DNA of 64,000 nt from Mobula hypostoma (taxonomy: Eukaryota), in contig NC_086101.1 of NCBI RefSeq assembly GCF_963921235.1, positions 5,520,001 through 5,584,000 of the forward strand. Reading direction: 5' to 3'. The translations under genes were made by a program, and so were the position numbers. Numbering within the stretch: position 1 is the stretch's first letter; every line of letters starts with the position of its first letter. Positions 11,570 to 23,799 of this stretch are shown here, in pieces. A model generated the notes under the pieces. That model did no database searches and was not told the DNA's origin. It was given only the letters and a program-made list of their open reading frames with translations.

Positions 11570-11788
11570 GAATTCTGCAGATGCTGGAAATTCAAGCAAC
11601 ACACGTCAAAGTTGCTGGTGAACGCAGCAGGCCAGGCAGCATCTCTAGGAAGAGGTACAGTCGACGTTTCGGGCCGAGACCCTTCGTCAGGACACCTTCG
11701 TCAGGGTCTCGGCTCGAAACGTCGACTGTACCTCTTCCTAGGAAAGCTGCCTGGCCTGCTGCGTTCACCAGCAACTTTGATGTGTGTT
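11570..11788. mobile_element. Penelope-like element terminal-repeat fragments in inverted orientation, inserted in a V-SINE
   Basis: Arms 11598-11683 and 11703-11788 are reverse complements (86 bp, ~5 mismatches). The same sequence follows GIY-YIG remnants at 30.3 kb and 46.4 kb. Confidence 0.8.
11657..11693 (-). ncRNA. Minimal type I hammerhead ribozyme motif (Penelope-associated)
   Basis: GUC-CUGACGA-A-GGGU(CUCG)GCCC-GAAAC-GUC-GAC: conserved core boxes, stem II, loopless palindromic stem III (ACGU), 3-bp stem I. Confidence 0.7.
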
Positions 11789-11934
11789 CTTCCTGTGTGC
11801 GTCCCACAGAAACAGTCAGTAGCTTAACTGGTCAATTTTAAATTGTCCCGTGATTAGGCTCAGGTTAATTTGTTGAGTTGCTGGATGGTGCGGCTCAGTG
11901 GGCCAGTGCCCCAACCCCCCCCCAGCCCTCTCAA

Positions 11935-14900
11935 CAACGCACCCTCCCCCCGTGAAACCCTCACAACGACGCACCCTCCCCCCGTGAAACCCTCACAACG
12001 ACGCACCCTCCCCCGTGAAACCCTCACAACGACGCACCCTCCCCCCGTGAAACCCTCACAACGACGCACCCTCCCCCCGTGAAACCCTCACAACGACGCA
12101 CCGTCCCCCCGTGAAACCCTCAGAACAATTCACCCTCCCCCGTGAAACCCTCACAACAATTCACCCTCCCCCCGAGAACCCTCAGAACAATTCACCCTCC
12201 CCGTGAAACCCTCAGAAAAATTCACCCTCCCCGTGAAACCCTCACAACAATTCACCCTCCCCCGTGAAACCCTCACTCCAACGCACCCTCCCCCCGTGAA
12301 ACCCTCACAACAACGCACCCTCCCCCGTGAAACCCTCACAACGATGCACCCTCCCCCGTGAAACCCACAACGACGCACCCTCCCCCCGTGAAACCCTCAC
12401 AACGACGCACCCTCCCCCCGTGAAACCCTCACAACGACGCACCCTCCCCCCGTGAAACCCTCACAACAATGCACCCTCCCCCCGTGAAACCCTCACAACA
12501 ACGCACCCTCCCCCCGTGAAACCCTCACAACAATTCACCCTCCCCCGTGAAACCCTCACAACGATGCACCCTCCCCCGTGAAACCCTCACAACGATTCAC
12601 CCTCCCCCGTGAAACCCTCACAACAACGCACCCTCCCCCAGTGAAACCCTCACAACAATTCACCCTCCCCCCGTGAAACCCTCAGAACAATTCACCCTCC
12701 CCCGTGAAACCCTCACAACAATTCACCCTCCCCCCGTGAAACCCTCAGAACAATTCACCCTCCAATTCCCCTGTGAAACCCTCAGAACAATTCACCCTCC
12801 CCGTGAAACCCTCACAACGACGCACCCTCCCCCCGTGAAACCCTCACAACAATGCACCCTCCCCCAGTGAAACCCTCAGAACAATTCACCCTCCCCCCGT
12901 GAAACCCTCAGAACAATTCACCCTCCCCTGTGAAACCCTCACAACGATGCACCCTCCCCCCGTGAAACCCTCACAACAATTCACCCTCCCCCGTGAAACC
13001 CTCACAACGACGCACCCTCCCCCCGTGAAACCCTCACAACGACGCACCCTCCCCCCGTGAAACCCTCACAACAATTCACCCTCCCCCGTGAAACCCTCAC
13101 AACAATTCACCCTCCCCCGTGAAACCCTCACAACGATGCACCCTCCCCCTGTGAAACCCTCAGAACAATTCACCCTCCCCCGTGAAACCCTCACAACAAT
13201 TCACCCTCCCCCCGTGAACCCTCAGAACAATTCACCCTCCCCGTGAAACCCTCAGAAAAATTCACCCTCCCCGTGAAACCCTCACAACAATTCACCCTCC
13301 CCCGTGAAACCCTCACAACAACGCACCCTCCCCCCGTGAAACCCTCACAACAACGCACCCTCCCCCGTGAAACCCTCACAACGATGCACCCTCCCCCGTG
13401 AAACCCACAACGACGCACCCTCCCCCCGTGAAACCCTCACAACGACGCACCCTCCCCCCGTGAAACCCTCACAACGACGCACCCTCCCCCCGTGAAACCC
13501 TCACAACAATGCACCCTCCCCCCGTGAAACCCTCACAACAACGCACCCTCCCCCCGTGAAACCCTCACAACAATTCACCCTCCCCCGTGAAACCCTCACA
13601 ACGATGCACCCTCCCCCGTGAAACCCTCACAACGATTCACCCTCCCCCGTGAAACCCTCACAACAACGCACCCTCCCCCAGTGAAACCCTCACAACAATT
13701 CACCCTCCCCCCGTGAAACCCTCAGAACAATTCACCCTCCCCCGTGAAACCCTCACAACAATTCACCCTCCCCCCGTGAAACCCTCAGAACAATTCACCC
13801 TCCCCTGTGAAACCCTCAGAACAATTCACCCTCCCCGTGAAACCCTCACAACGACGCACCCTCCCCCCGTGAAACCCTCACAACAACGCACCCTCCCCCA
13901 GTGAAACCCTCAGAACAATTCACCCTCCCCCCGTGAAACCCTCAGAACAATTCACCCTCCCCTGTGAAACCCTCACAACGATGCACCCTCCCCCCGTGAA
14001 ACCCTCACAACAATTCACCCTCCCCCGTGAAACCCTCACAACGACGCACCCTCCCCCCGTGAAACCCTCACAACGACGCACCCTCCCCCCGTGAAACCCT
14101 CACAACAATTCACCCTCCCCCGTGAAACCCTCACAACAATTCACCCTCCCCCGTGAAACCCTCACAACGATGCACCCTCCCCCTGTGAAACCCTCAGAAC
14201 AATTCACCCTCCCCTGTGAAACCCTCACAACAATTTACCCTCCCCCTGTGAAACCCTCAGAACAATTCACCCTCCCCCTGTGAAACCCTCACAACAATGC
14301 ACCCTCCCCCTGTGAAACCCTTACAATTCACCCTCCCCCGTGAAACCCTCAGAACAATTCACCCTCCCCCGTGAAACCCTCAGAACAATTCACCCTCCCC
14401 TGTGAAACCCTCAGAACAATTCACCCTCCCCTGTGAAACCCTCACAACAATTTACCCTCCCCCTGTGAAACCCTCACAACAATTTACCCTCCCCCCGTGA
14501 AACCCTCACAAGAACGCACCCTCCCCCCCCGTGAAACCCTCACAACAACGCACCCTCCCCCTGTGAAACCCTCACAATTCACCCTCCCCCGTGAAACCCT
14601 CAGAACAATTCACCCTCCCCCGTGAAACCCTCACAACAATTCACCCTCCCCCGTGAAACCCTCAGAACAATTCACCCTCCCCCTGTGAAACCCTCACAAC
14701 AATTTACCCTCCCCCTGTGAAACCCTCACAACAATGCACCCTCCCCCTGTGAAACCCTCACAACAATTTACCCTCCCCCCGTGAAACCCTCACAACAACG
14801 CACCCTCCCCCTGTGAAACCCTCACAATTCACCCTCCCCGTGAAACCCTCACAACAATTCACCCTCCTCCCCGTGAAACCCTGACAACAATTCACCCTCC

Positions 14901-15075
14901 CCCCGTGAAACCCTGACAACAATTCACCCTCCCCCCTGTGAAACCCTCACAATTCACCCTCCCCGTGAAACCCTCACAACAATTCACCCTCCTCCCCGTG
15001 AAACCCTGACAACAATTCACCCTCCCCCCGTGAAACCCTCACAACAACGCACCCTCCCCCTGTGAAACCCTCACT
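11935..15075. repeat. Minisatellite, 30-32-bp unit CCGTGAAACCCTCACAACRAY(GC/TC)ACCCTCCCC, about 100 units
   Basis: Directly visible; contains an internal ~1040-bp duplication. Confidence 0.97.
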
Positions 15076-15314
15076 ACAATGCAGCGATGGTGGCTGCCAG
15101 CCTATCTTTTGGCGTTGTCGTCACCGGAGTGTTTCCTGAAGCGCACTGGAGGTGTGACATCCATGCCCGCGGTTCAAATCCCACCACTGTCACTAAGGAT
15201 TCTCTCTATTCTCCCTGTGACCATGCGGATTTCCTCCCTGCGCACCAGTTTCCTCCCACAGTCCAAAGACGTACTGCTGAGTGGCTTAATTGGGTCAAAA
15301 GGGCCTGTTAGCAC

Positions 15315-15630
15315 AGCAACGCATGCAAAATACTGGCGGAACTCAGCAAGTCAGGCAGTATCTATGGAAATAAATAAATGGTCGACACTTCAGACCGAGA
15401 CCTTTCATCAGGACTGGAAAGGAAGGGGGAAGACAGCAGAATTTATAAGGGTGTTGGAGGGGGTGGGGAAGGAGGACGGGTGAAGCCAGGTGGGTGGGAA
15501 AGTAAAGGGCTGCAGAAGGAATCTGATAGGAGAGGAGAGTGGTCCACAGGAGGAAGGGAACAAGATGGAGGTGATAGAGTGGTGAGAAGGCATCACAGAA
15601 CAGATAGGGGAATAGAGGGAGGGGGGAGGG
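15315..15630 (-). mobile_element. Penelope-like terminal-repeat remnant with a decayed hammerhead motif
   Basis: GTCGACACTTCAGACCGAGACCTTTCATCAGGACTG followed by a purine-rich tract, as in the other copies. Confidence 0.6.
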
Positions 15631-16107
15631 AAAAAAGGTCTATTCCTCTGCTGTTATCTCCAAATAAATGTGCTGTTAAAAAATAACCTTTAACCTACTC
15701 TCAGATAAGTCTAACCTTTCCCTCTTCTACGGACTTCCATTTTTCTATTATCTGTGTGCCTAAGAGTTTCTGAAATATCTCTTACGCATGTCCCTTAGCA
15801 TGTTCAAAGCACCCAGTTGTGAATTCTGTCTATTCGATTTCTCTGACTTGCATCCTGCCCTCCTCCCATCCAATCCTGCTTCACCTTTTGTTGGAACATT
15901 GTATGTTAAACCATGTTCGAAACTACCAGCAGAAATTGGAGGGTAACTGTGAGGCAGTTATGAACCCTGAACCATCAGGCTCTTGAAACATTGGAGAGAA
16001 CATCACTCAACTTCACTCACCCCAACAATCAGCTGTTTCCACAACCTACGGACTCTTCATCTCATGTTCTTGATATTTATTGTTTGTTTATTATTGCTGT
16101 TATTTTA

Positions 16108-17625
16108 TTTGGACCTCTTTTGGGGCAGGCGTGACCTGTACAAAAAGGACAGGTTGCACTTGAATCCGAGGGGGACCAATATCCTGGTGGGGAGGTTTGC
16201 TAAGGCTAATGGGAAGAGTTTAAACTAGGATTGCTGGGGGGTGAGAATTGAACTGAAGAGACGGAGGAAGGGGCAGTTGGCTCACGTTTGGAGAAAGCTT
16301 GGAGACAGTGTGAGAGGGAGGATAGGCAGATGATAGAGAAGGGATTTGCTTAGATCAATGGTTTGAGATGTGTCTATTTTAATGCAAGAAGCACCATGAA
16401 CAGAGCGGATGAGTTTCGAGCGTGGATCAGTACTTGGAGCTATGATGTGGCCATTACAGAGAATTCGATGGCTCAGGGGCAGGAATGGTTACTTAGAGTG
16501 CCAGGCTTTAGATGTTTCAGAAAGGACAGGAAGGGAGGCAGAAGGGGTGGGGACGTGGCACTGTTGATCAGAGATAGTGTCACGGCTGCAGAAAAGGTGG
16601 ATGCCATGGAGGGATTGTCTACGGAGTCTCTGTGGGTAGAGGTTAGAAACAGGAAGGGGTCAATAACTTTACTGGGTGTTTTTTATAGACCGCCCAATAG
16701 TAACAGGGACATTGAGGAACAGATAGGGAGACAGATTCTGGAAAGGTGTAATAATAACAGGGTTGTTGTGGGAGATTTTAATTTCCCGAATATTGATTGG
16801 CATTTCCCTAGAGCAAGGGGTATAGATGGGGTGGAATTTGTTGGGTGTGTTCAGGAAGGTTTCCTGACACTATGTAGATAAGCCAACAAGAAGAGAGGCT
16901 GTACTTGACCTAGTGTTGGAAAATGAACCTGGTCCGGTGTCAGGTCTCTCAGTAGGAGAGCATTTTGGAGATAGTGATCACAATTCTATCTCCTTTACCA
17001 TAGCACTGGAGAGGGATAAGAGCAGACAACTTAAGAAGGCACGTGGTGTATTTTCATCAACCACGGGATTGAGTTTCAGAGCCAAGAGGTAATGTTGCAG
17101 CTATATAGGACACTGGTCAGACCCTGCTTGGAGTACTGTGCTCAATTCTGATTGCAGAAACCACAGAAAGGGTGCAGAGGAGATATACAAGGATGTTGCC
17201 TGGATTGGGGAGCATGCCTTATGAGAATAGGTTGAGTGAACTCAGCCTTTTCTCCTTCGAGCGATGGAGGATGAGAGGTGACCTGATAGAGGTGTATAAG
17301 ATGAGAGGCATTGATCGTGTGGATAGTCAGAGGCTTTTTCCCAGGGCTGAAATGACTGTCACGAGAGGACACAGTTTTAAGGTGCTTGGAAGTAGGCACA
17401 GAGGAGATGTCAGCGGTAAGTTTTTTTATGCAGAGCATGGTGAGTCATGGAATGGGCTGCTGGCAACGGTGGTGGAGGCAGATGTGATTGGATCTTTTAA
17501 GAGACTCTTTGATAGGTAGATGGAGCTTAGAAAAATAGAGGGCTAGGTAATTTCTAAAGTAAGTACATGCTCGGCACAACATTGTGGGCCAAAAGGCCTG
17601 TATTGGCTGTGGTGTTCTATGTTTC
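16108..17625 (+). mobile_element. Internally deleted CR1: end of ORF1, APE endonuclease region, then the 3' end of ORF2 and tail
   Basis: DLYKKDRLHLNPRG (ORF1 end); YFNARS...GVFYRPP...VGDFNFP...SDHN (endonuclease); jump near 17031 to RPCLEYCAQF... Confidence 0.85.
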
Positions 17626-19177
17626 TTTATTATTTGTTTTCTTTTGCAGGTTGGTTGTTTGTCCATCCTGTTAGATACAGTCTTTTATTGATTCTATTGT
17701 GTTTCTTCAATTTACTGTGATGCCCACAAGAAAATGAATGTCAGGGTTGTATATGGTGAGATACAGTATACTTTGATTATAAATTTACTTCGAACTTTGA
17801 GGTGCCTATTTCTTTCTGCAGTACATCAGCAGGAGAAAGGTTTCATGAATTGAGTTGCTTGAGCTGAAATCTTCTAAAGCTACCCCAATTGTCTAGAAAT
17901 CCTACATGCACACACTTTCACTTTCTGTCTCTCACGCTCTCTCTATCTCTCTCTCACGCTCACTCTATCTCTCTCTCTCTCACACACTCACACTCACACA
18001 CACACACACACTCCTGATTCATTCAGCTTGCTGAAATATTAAACTGCTTGTTTAAACAGGAGCTGAGTGCAGATCTGGTGAATTCACACCTGGGTGCAAC
18101 TCTGCCTTCACCGGACTGACCTTTTGATTCAAGGGGTCCTTTATGCCCACTCTGAAAGAGAAAGAGGTCCCATTGAACCCAAAGGACAAGGGCTCGATTG
18201 AAGCCCGCGGTGTTTTACAAGGGTGATGTTGCTGACTGGGATTACATGTGAAAACCTAACATTACGGAGAAAGTGCTTTGGCAGCTGAAGACACAAAGAT
18301 CGCAGTCTCTTTACTGATAGATTCTTGGGAGCCCACCCTTTAAATAAATAGGTGTAAGTCCAGAGGAATGAGGCAGTCTTTATCCTGGGCCAACAACTTC
18401 ATATTTTACATAGGAGACATTCTACTAATGTTATGGTCTTCAGTTTGCACCCAAAATGTTTACTGGGACCTCTAATTGGGAATGCACCTTTCCTGTACGT
18501 TCCTGGTCGCAACATCTCTCCAGATCTATTCTGGCGCTAACATATTGATGCAGTCATGAAGAAGGCACGCCAGCAACTCTATTTCATTAGGACTTTGAGA
18601 AGATTTGGTGTGTCACTAACACCCTGGAAAATTTCGATATGTGCACTGTGGACAGCATTCTGATTGGTTGCACCACCATCTCGTGTGGAGGCACCAGTGC
18701 ATGGTGTCCACCGGTACACGGTTTCTGGGTTTCCCATTGATCTTTTAAGCAAGTGATGAAGCTGAGTCCCTGGCCCCTACCAACCAGTACTGCTCACAGG
18801 TCTGAAGGATCGCCAATCCTTTCCCAAATCAGAGCAGGTGCTCTCCAAAACTGGGTATCTCAAGCGAGGTCTGAGCCTCATGCCACGGGCTAGCCTGTTA
18901 CAGCAGCCCAGGCGGGGCGATGCCAGAGGAGGTGTAGCGTGGCGTCCATGCTGGTTCAGGGGTTGGCTCCCCCTTCTGTCGGTGATGCTTTCTGGTGTTC
19001 GCTCGGTGGAAGTCAAGCTGGATTGTGTGCACACATGTTCATCTGTGGATTGCTGAGAGCTGCTTGTTCCTGCTGATAACATCCGAGCACCGTCACTTTA
19101 CAGGACATGTCACTCAGGAACTTGTGTTATATGTATATTGTTTGTGTGACTATGGTTACCTGCTGTCTTATGCCATA

Positions 19178-19656
19178 AGAGGGGTGATTGATAAGTTTGT
19201 GGCCTTCGGTAGAAGGAGTCAATTTTAGAAATCCTAGCGCATTTATTTTTCAACATAGTCCCCTCCTACATTTACACACTTAGTCCAGCGGTCGTGGAAC
19301 ATACGGATCCCCTCTTTGTAGAAGTCGGCGTCTTGGACCTCCAGAAATGGTCGACAGCAGAGGTGATTGATAAGTTCATGGCCTAAGGTAGAAGGAGATG
19401 AGTTATACAGCTCTCGTTACATGCACGGGCAGTTCAACTCTTTGAGTGAAAATGCAGAAAGTTTGAAGTTAATAACTCATGTCACCCCTGCTGTGGACCA
19501 CTTCTGGAGGTCCAAGACGCCGACTTCTACAAAGAAGGGATCCGTATGCTCCACGACCGCTGGACTAAGCATGTAAGCGTAGGAAAAATAAATGTGCTAG
19601 GTTTTCTAAAATTGACTCCTTCTACCTTAGGCCACGAACTTATCAATTATCCCTTG
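19178..19656. mobile_element. Mariner-derived MITE with long inverted arms and TA target-site duplication
   Basis: TA|aGAGGGGTGATTGATAAGTT...AACTTATCAATTATCCCTTG|TA. The left arm (minus strand) encodes the mariner transposase C-terminus LEVQDADFYKEGIRMFHDRWTKCVNVGGDYVEK*. Confidence 0.88.
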
Positions 19657-19744
19657 TATGTGCCTTGTGCTGTGAGTGATGTTGTAATGTGTTTCGCTCC
19701 CTGGTCCTGGAGGAACACTGTTTATTTCACTGTACTCATGCATA

Positions 19745-20500
19745 GTCCATACGACCATATAGGAGCAATATTAGGCCATTTGGCCCATCAATTCTGCTGT
19801 GCCATTTCACCATGGCTGATCGATTTCCTTCTCAGCCCCAATCTCCCTGCCCTCTGCCTGTATCTCTTTGTGCCCCGTCTAATGAAGAATCTATCAACCT
19901 CTGCCATAAATATACCCAATGACTTGGCCTGCACAGCCACCTGTGGCAACGAATTCCACAGATTCACCACTCTCTGGCTAAAGAAATTCCTCCTCATCTC
20001 TGTTCTAAGTGGACTTCTAATCTGAGGCTATGTTATCTCGTCTTAGACTCTCCCACCACAGGGAACATCCTCTCCACATCTACTCTATTATTTGATAGGT
20101 TCAAATGAGATCCCCCTCATTTTTCTGAACTCCAGTGAGTACAGAACCATCAAGTGCTCTTCATCTGATAAGCCTTACAATCCTCTGTGAACCTCCTTTG
20201 AACCCTTTCCAATGTCAGCAAATCCTCTTAAATAAGGGGTCCACAACTGCTCACAATACTCCAAATGAGGTCTCACCTGTTCCTTATTACATCCTTGCTT
20301 TTATATTTGAGTCCTCTTGAAATGAATGCTATCATCGCATTTGCCTTCCTCACCACAGACTCAACCTGCAAATTAACTTTGAAGGAATCCTGCGAGTCTC
20401 TTGGCACCTCAGATTTTTGAACTGTCTCTCCATTTGGAAAATGTCTACCCTTTTCTTTCTTCTACCAAAATTCATGACCATACACTTCCCAACACTGTCA
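19745..20500 (-). mobile_element. Degenerate CR1 3' portion
   Basis: RRNFFSQRVVNLWNSLP remnant. Confidence 0.75.
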
Positions 20501-20664
20501 CTCTAATAATAATTAAAATTAGACTTGAAGTTCAACTTGAAAACATTGCTGAAAGAACAAGGAGGAAATACTCATTTGAATAACGTTCAAAGAGAATGCA
20601 GAGTCATGATCCTGGAACAAAAAAACACCTCTGGAAGAACTTAGCAGATCAGGCAGCAATCAAA

Positions 20665-21180
20665 GTCAAATGTATTATCAGTGCTATCATATACCACCCA
20701 GAGGTTCCTTTTTCTTGCAGGCATTTATAGAAAAATACAACAGAATTCACAAAAAAAAACAAAGACTGTCTAACAAACAATATGCGAAAATAGACAATTT
20801 GCACAAATAAAATAACAATACTGATAATGAGTTGTAAATGACTTGAAAGTGAGTCTCGAGGTTGTAGAATCAGTTCAGACTTGGGATAAGTGAAGTTAAC
20901 CAAACTGGTCCAGGAGCCTAATGGTTGTGGGTAATAACTGCTCCTGAACCTTGTAGTGTGGGACCTGAGGCTCCTTCCTGATGGTGGTAGAGAGAAGAGA
21001 GCATTGCCTGGATGGTGGGGATCTGTGATGGTGGATGCTGCTTTCTTGTGGCAGCTCTCCTTGTAGATATGTTCAGTGGTGGGGAGGGCTTTGTCATGAT
21101 GGACTGGGCCATAACCACCACTTTCTGTGGCCTTCTCCATTCCCGGGCACCTGTATTTCCATACCTCCAGTCAGGATACA
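20665..21180 (-). mobile_element. Degenerate Rex1/Babar-like 3' end
   Basis: KALPTTEHIYKESCHKKAASTITDPHHPGNALFSLPPSGR. Confidence 0.65.
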
Positions 21181-21844
21181 CTGTACAGTGACCCAAAAAC
21201 TTTGCCTGCTGAGATGCTGCCCAACGCACTGAGTCTTTCCAGCAACTTGCTTCTGCTCTAGAGGCACCTGCTCTCTAAGAAATCTTGTTGTATGTTCGAT
21301 AAAGGAATCTTCTGGTATGTTAGGGAAAAAAAAGAGTACGTTGAAAGGTCTAGTCTTTATCTGTAAATCTATTATGCTGTGCAAATGGCACAGTAATCGG
21401 GTGCCACTGTAGTGTAGTGGATAACGTGAGGCTATTACAGCTCGGGACATTGGAGTGCAGAGTTCAGTTCTGGTGTCCTCTGTCAGAAGGCTTGTATGTC
21501 CTTTCCATTTGTGTATGGGTTTTCTCCAGGTGCTCTGGTTTCCTCCCACAGTCCAAAGACTGTAGGTGAATTGGTCGTTAGAAGATGCCCCGTGATTAGG
21601 CTGTTAATTAGGTGGGTTGCTGGATGACGCAGCTCAAAGGGCCTGTTCTGCACGGTATCTCCAAATAAACGAATGGCGAAATGAGTAAATAAATAAATAA
21701 ACAAAGAAATAAATGCAGCCTCGTTCATTTGAGTTTAGTTTGGCCATGGGAGTGAATGGATTCCTGTTGCCAAGAAAGCTCACCAACATCTCAGCATGCC
21801 TTAGCAATTTTTCCTGATATATATTGATACTGACATTTATACAT

Positions 21845-22097
21845 AGCCATAGTCATACTCATACTTTACTGATCCCGGGACAAATTGGTTTTCGTTACAG
21901 TTGCACCATAAATAATAAATAGTAATAAAACCATAAATAGTTAAATGGTGATATGTAAATTATGCCAGGAAATAAGTCCAGGACCAGCCTATTGGCTCAG
22001 GGTGTCTGACCCTCCAAGGGAGGAGTTGTAAAGTTTGATGACCACAGACAGAAAGGACTTCCTATGACGCTCTGTGTTGCATCTCGGTGGAATGAGT
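21845..22097 (-). mobile_element. Short 3' end of the young Rex1/Babar family also present at 62277-63015
   Basis: Near-identical to 62280-62540. Confidence 0.8.
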
Positions 22098-23399
22098 CCT
22101 TGTTCTACCTCAGTGCACTGCATAACGATTCGATCTGTATGAACAGGAGGCCAGATAGGTTGCTGCGATCTTTCATTGATTCTGTTGTGGTTATTATTCT
22201 ATGGATTCATTGAGTACGCCCACAAGAAAATGAATCAGGGTTGTATATGGTGAGATATATGCACCTTGATAATAAATTTACTTCGAACTGTATTTTGGTA
22301 CGTGACAATAAAAAAAAAACAGACAAACAAGAGTTCTCCATTGGCACTAATGTTTTCCCTGATGCTGGAGGCTGTGGTAGAACAAAGGACCCTACGGAAA
22401 ATCCTGGCAATTCTGGACAATGTTTCTCACCCTCTGCATGCCACCTTGGCCGAACAAAGGAGCACTTTTAGTAATGGACTAACAGTGTACTGCATCAAAG
22501 AGGGTCATTCTTACCCTCGGCCATTAGACTCTATAGTGAGTCAACCTATAGCCAGGAAAGTGATGACCCCCCACTCCTGTTAGACTGTTGTTAACCTGTT
22601 TACCAGAGCTCTGTTTATCACACCCGGCTATCACAGACACCCTGTGCAATACTACCATTGCTCTTTATCTGGCTGGTGTGAATGTGCATCCGTTACTGTA
22701 TAATATTACGGTAATTCTTGCACTACCATCTTATCAGCGTGAACTTGGAAATCTTATAATCTTCGACTTGCACATCTTATTTTAAGGTAACTTATTTTTT
22801 ATTCCCCTCTTCTAATATTCTTTTATCTGTGCATTTGTAATGCTATGGTGACACTGTAATTTCCTTTTGGGATCAATATCTATCTATCTCTCTAATGAGT
22901 GATAAACCAGCTTTCACATGGGCTCCTATCTGAGAATCCAAATGTATTTCAGAAACTGATCCCTCCCTATCCAACCTGGTAGTTAACTGTATTTATATTT
23001 ATTGATTCAGCAACACAGAGTGGAGTTGGTCCTTCTGTTCCAGCAGCCCTTGACTATCCGATTAACCCTAACCTAATCAGGGAACAATTTACAATAATCA
23101 GTTAACTTACCGACTACGTCCCTGGTTTGTGGAAGGAAACTGGATGACCGGGAAAAACTCTTGCATTCCATGGGGAAGACATACGGGTGGCGTCAGAGCA
23201 GAATTGAACTCCAAACTCCAGCGCCCCAAGCTGCAATATCGTCGCGCTAACCAATACGGTACAGTATGCCCAAACTCACTTTTTCACTTGTGTTACTTTG
23301 TGTAGACACTGCTCAGTTATATAGAACATAGAGCAGTACAGGCCCCTCGGCCCACAATGTTGTGCCATCTCTTAACCTACCTTAAGATCAATCTAACTC

Positions 23400-23643
23400 T
23401 TGGTCTAGGCAAGGTTGTATGGAAGACCAGCAGTTGCCCATGCTGCAAATCTCCCCTCTCCAGGACACCGATGTTGTCCAAGGGAAGGACATTAGAACCC
23501 ATACAGCTTGGCACCAGTGTCGTCGCAGAGCAATGTGTGATTAAGTGCCTTGCTCAAGGACACGACACGCTGCCTCGGCTGGGGCTTGAACTCACAACCT
23601 TCAGGTCACTAGTCCAATGCCTTAACCACTTGGCCACGTGCCC
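23400..23643 (-). mobile_element. tRNA-derived CORE-like SINE
   Basis: A-box TGGCCAAGTGG, B-box GTTCAAGCC, CORE-like GTGTCCTTGAGCAAGGCACTTAA. Confidence 0.75.
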
Positions 23644-23799
23644 ACACATGCTCCCACATAGCCCCTCCATTTTTCTATCATCGATGTGTGTAAGAGTCTC
23701 TGAAATGTCCCTTTCATCCAATCACCTTAAAATGCCCCCTTGGGGGAAAGTCTCTGGCTGTCCACTTTATCTGGGCCTCTTATCATCTTGCCCAGCTCT

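Noticed and set aside
4061..15075. CRISPR-like periodicity of the 28-bp and 31-bp arrays, and their ORFs
   Set aside because: Head-to-tail units without unique spacers, no cas genes, vertebrate context.
18753..18805. Possible C/D snoRNA (GTGATGA...CTGA)
   Set aside because: Too short, no terminal stem, and on the strand opposite the host gene.
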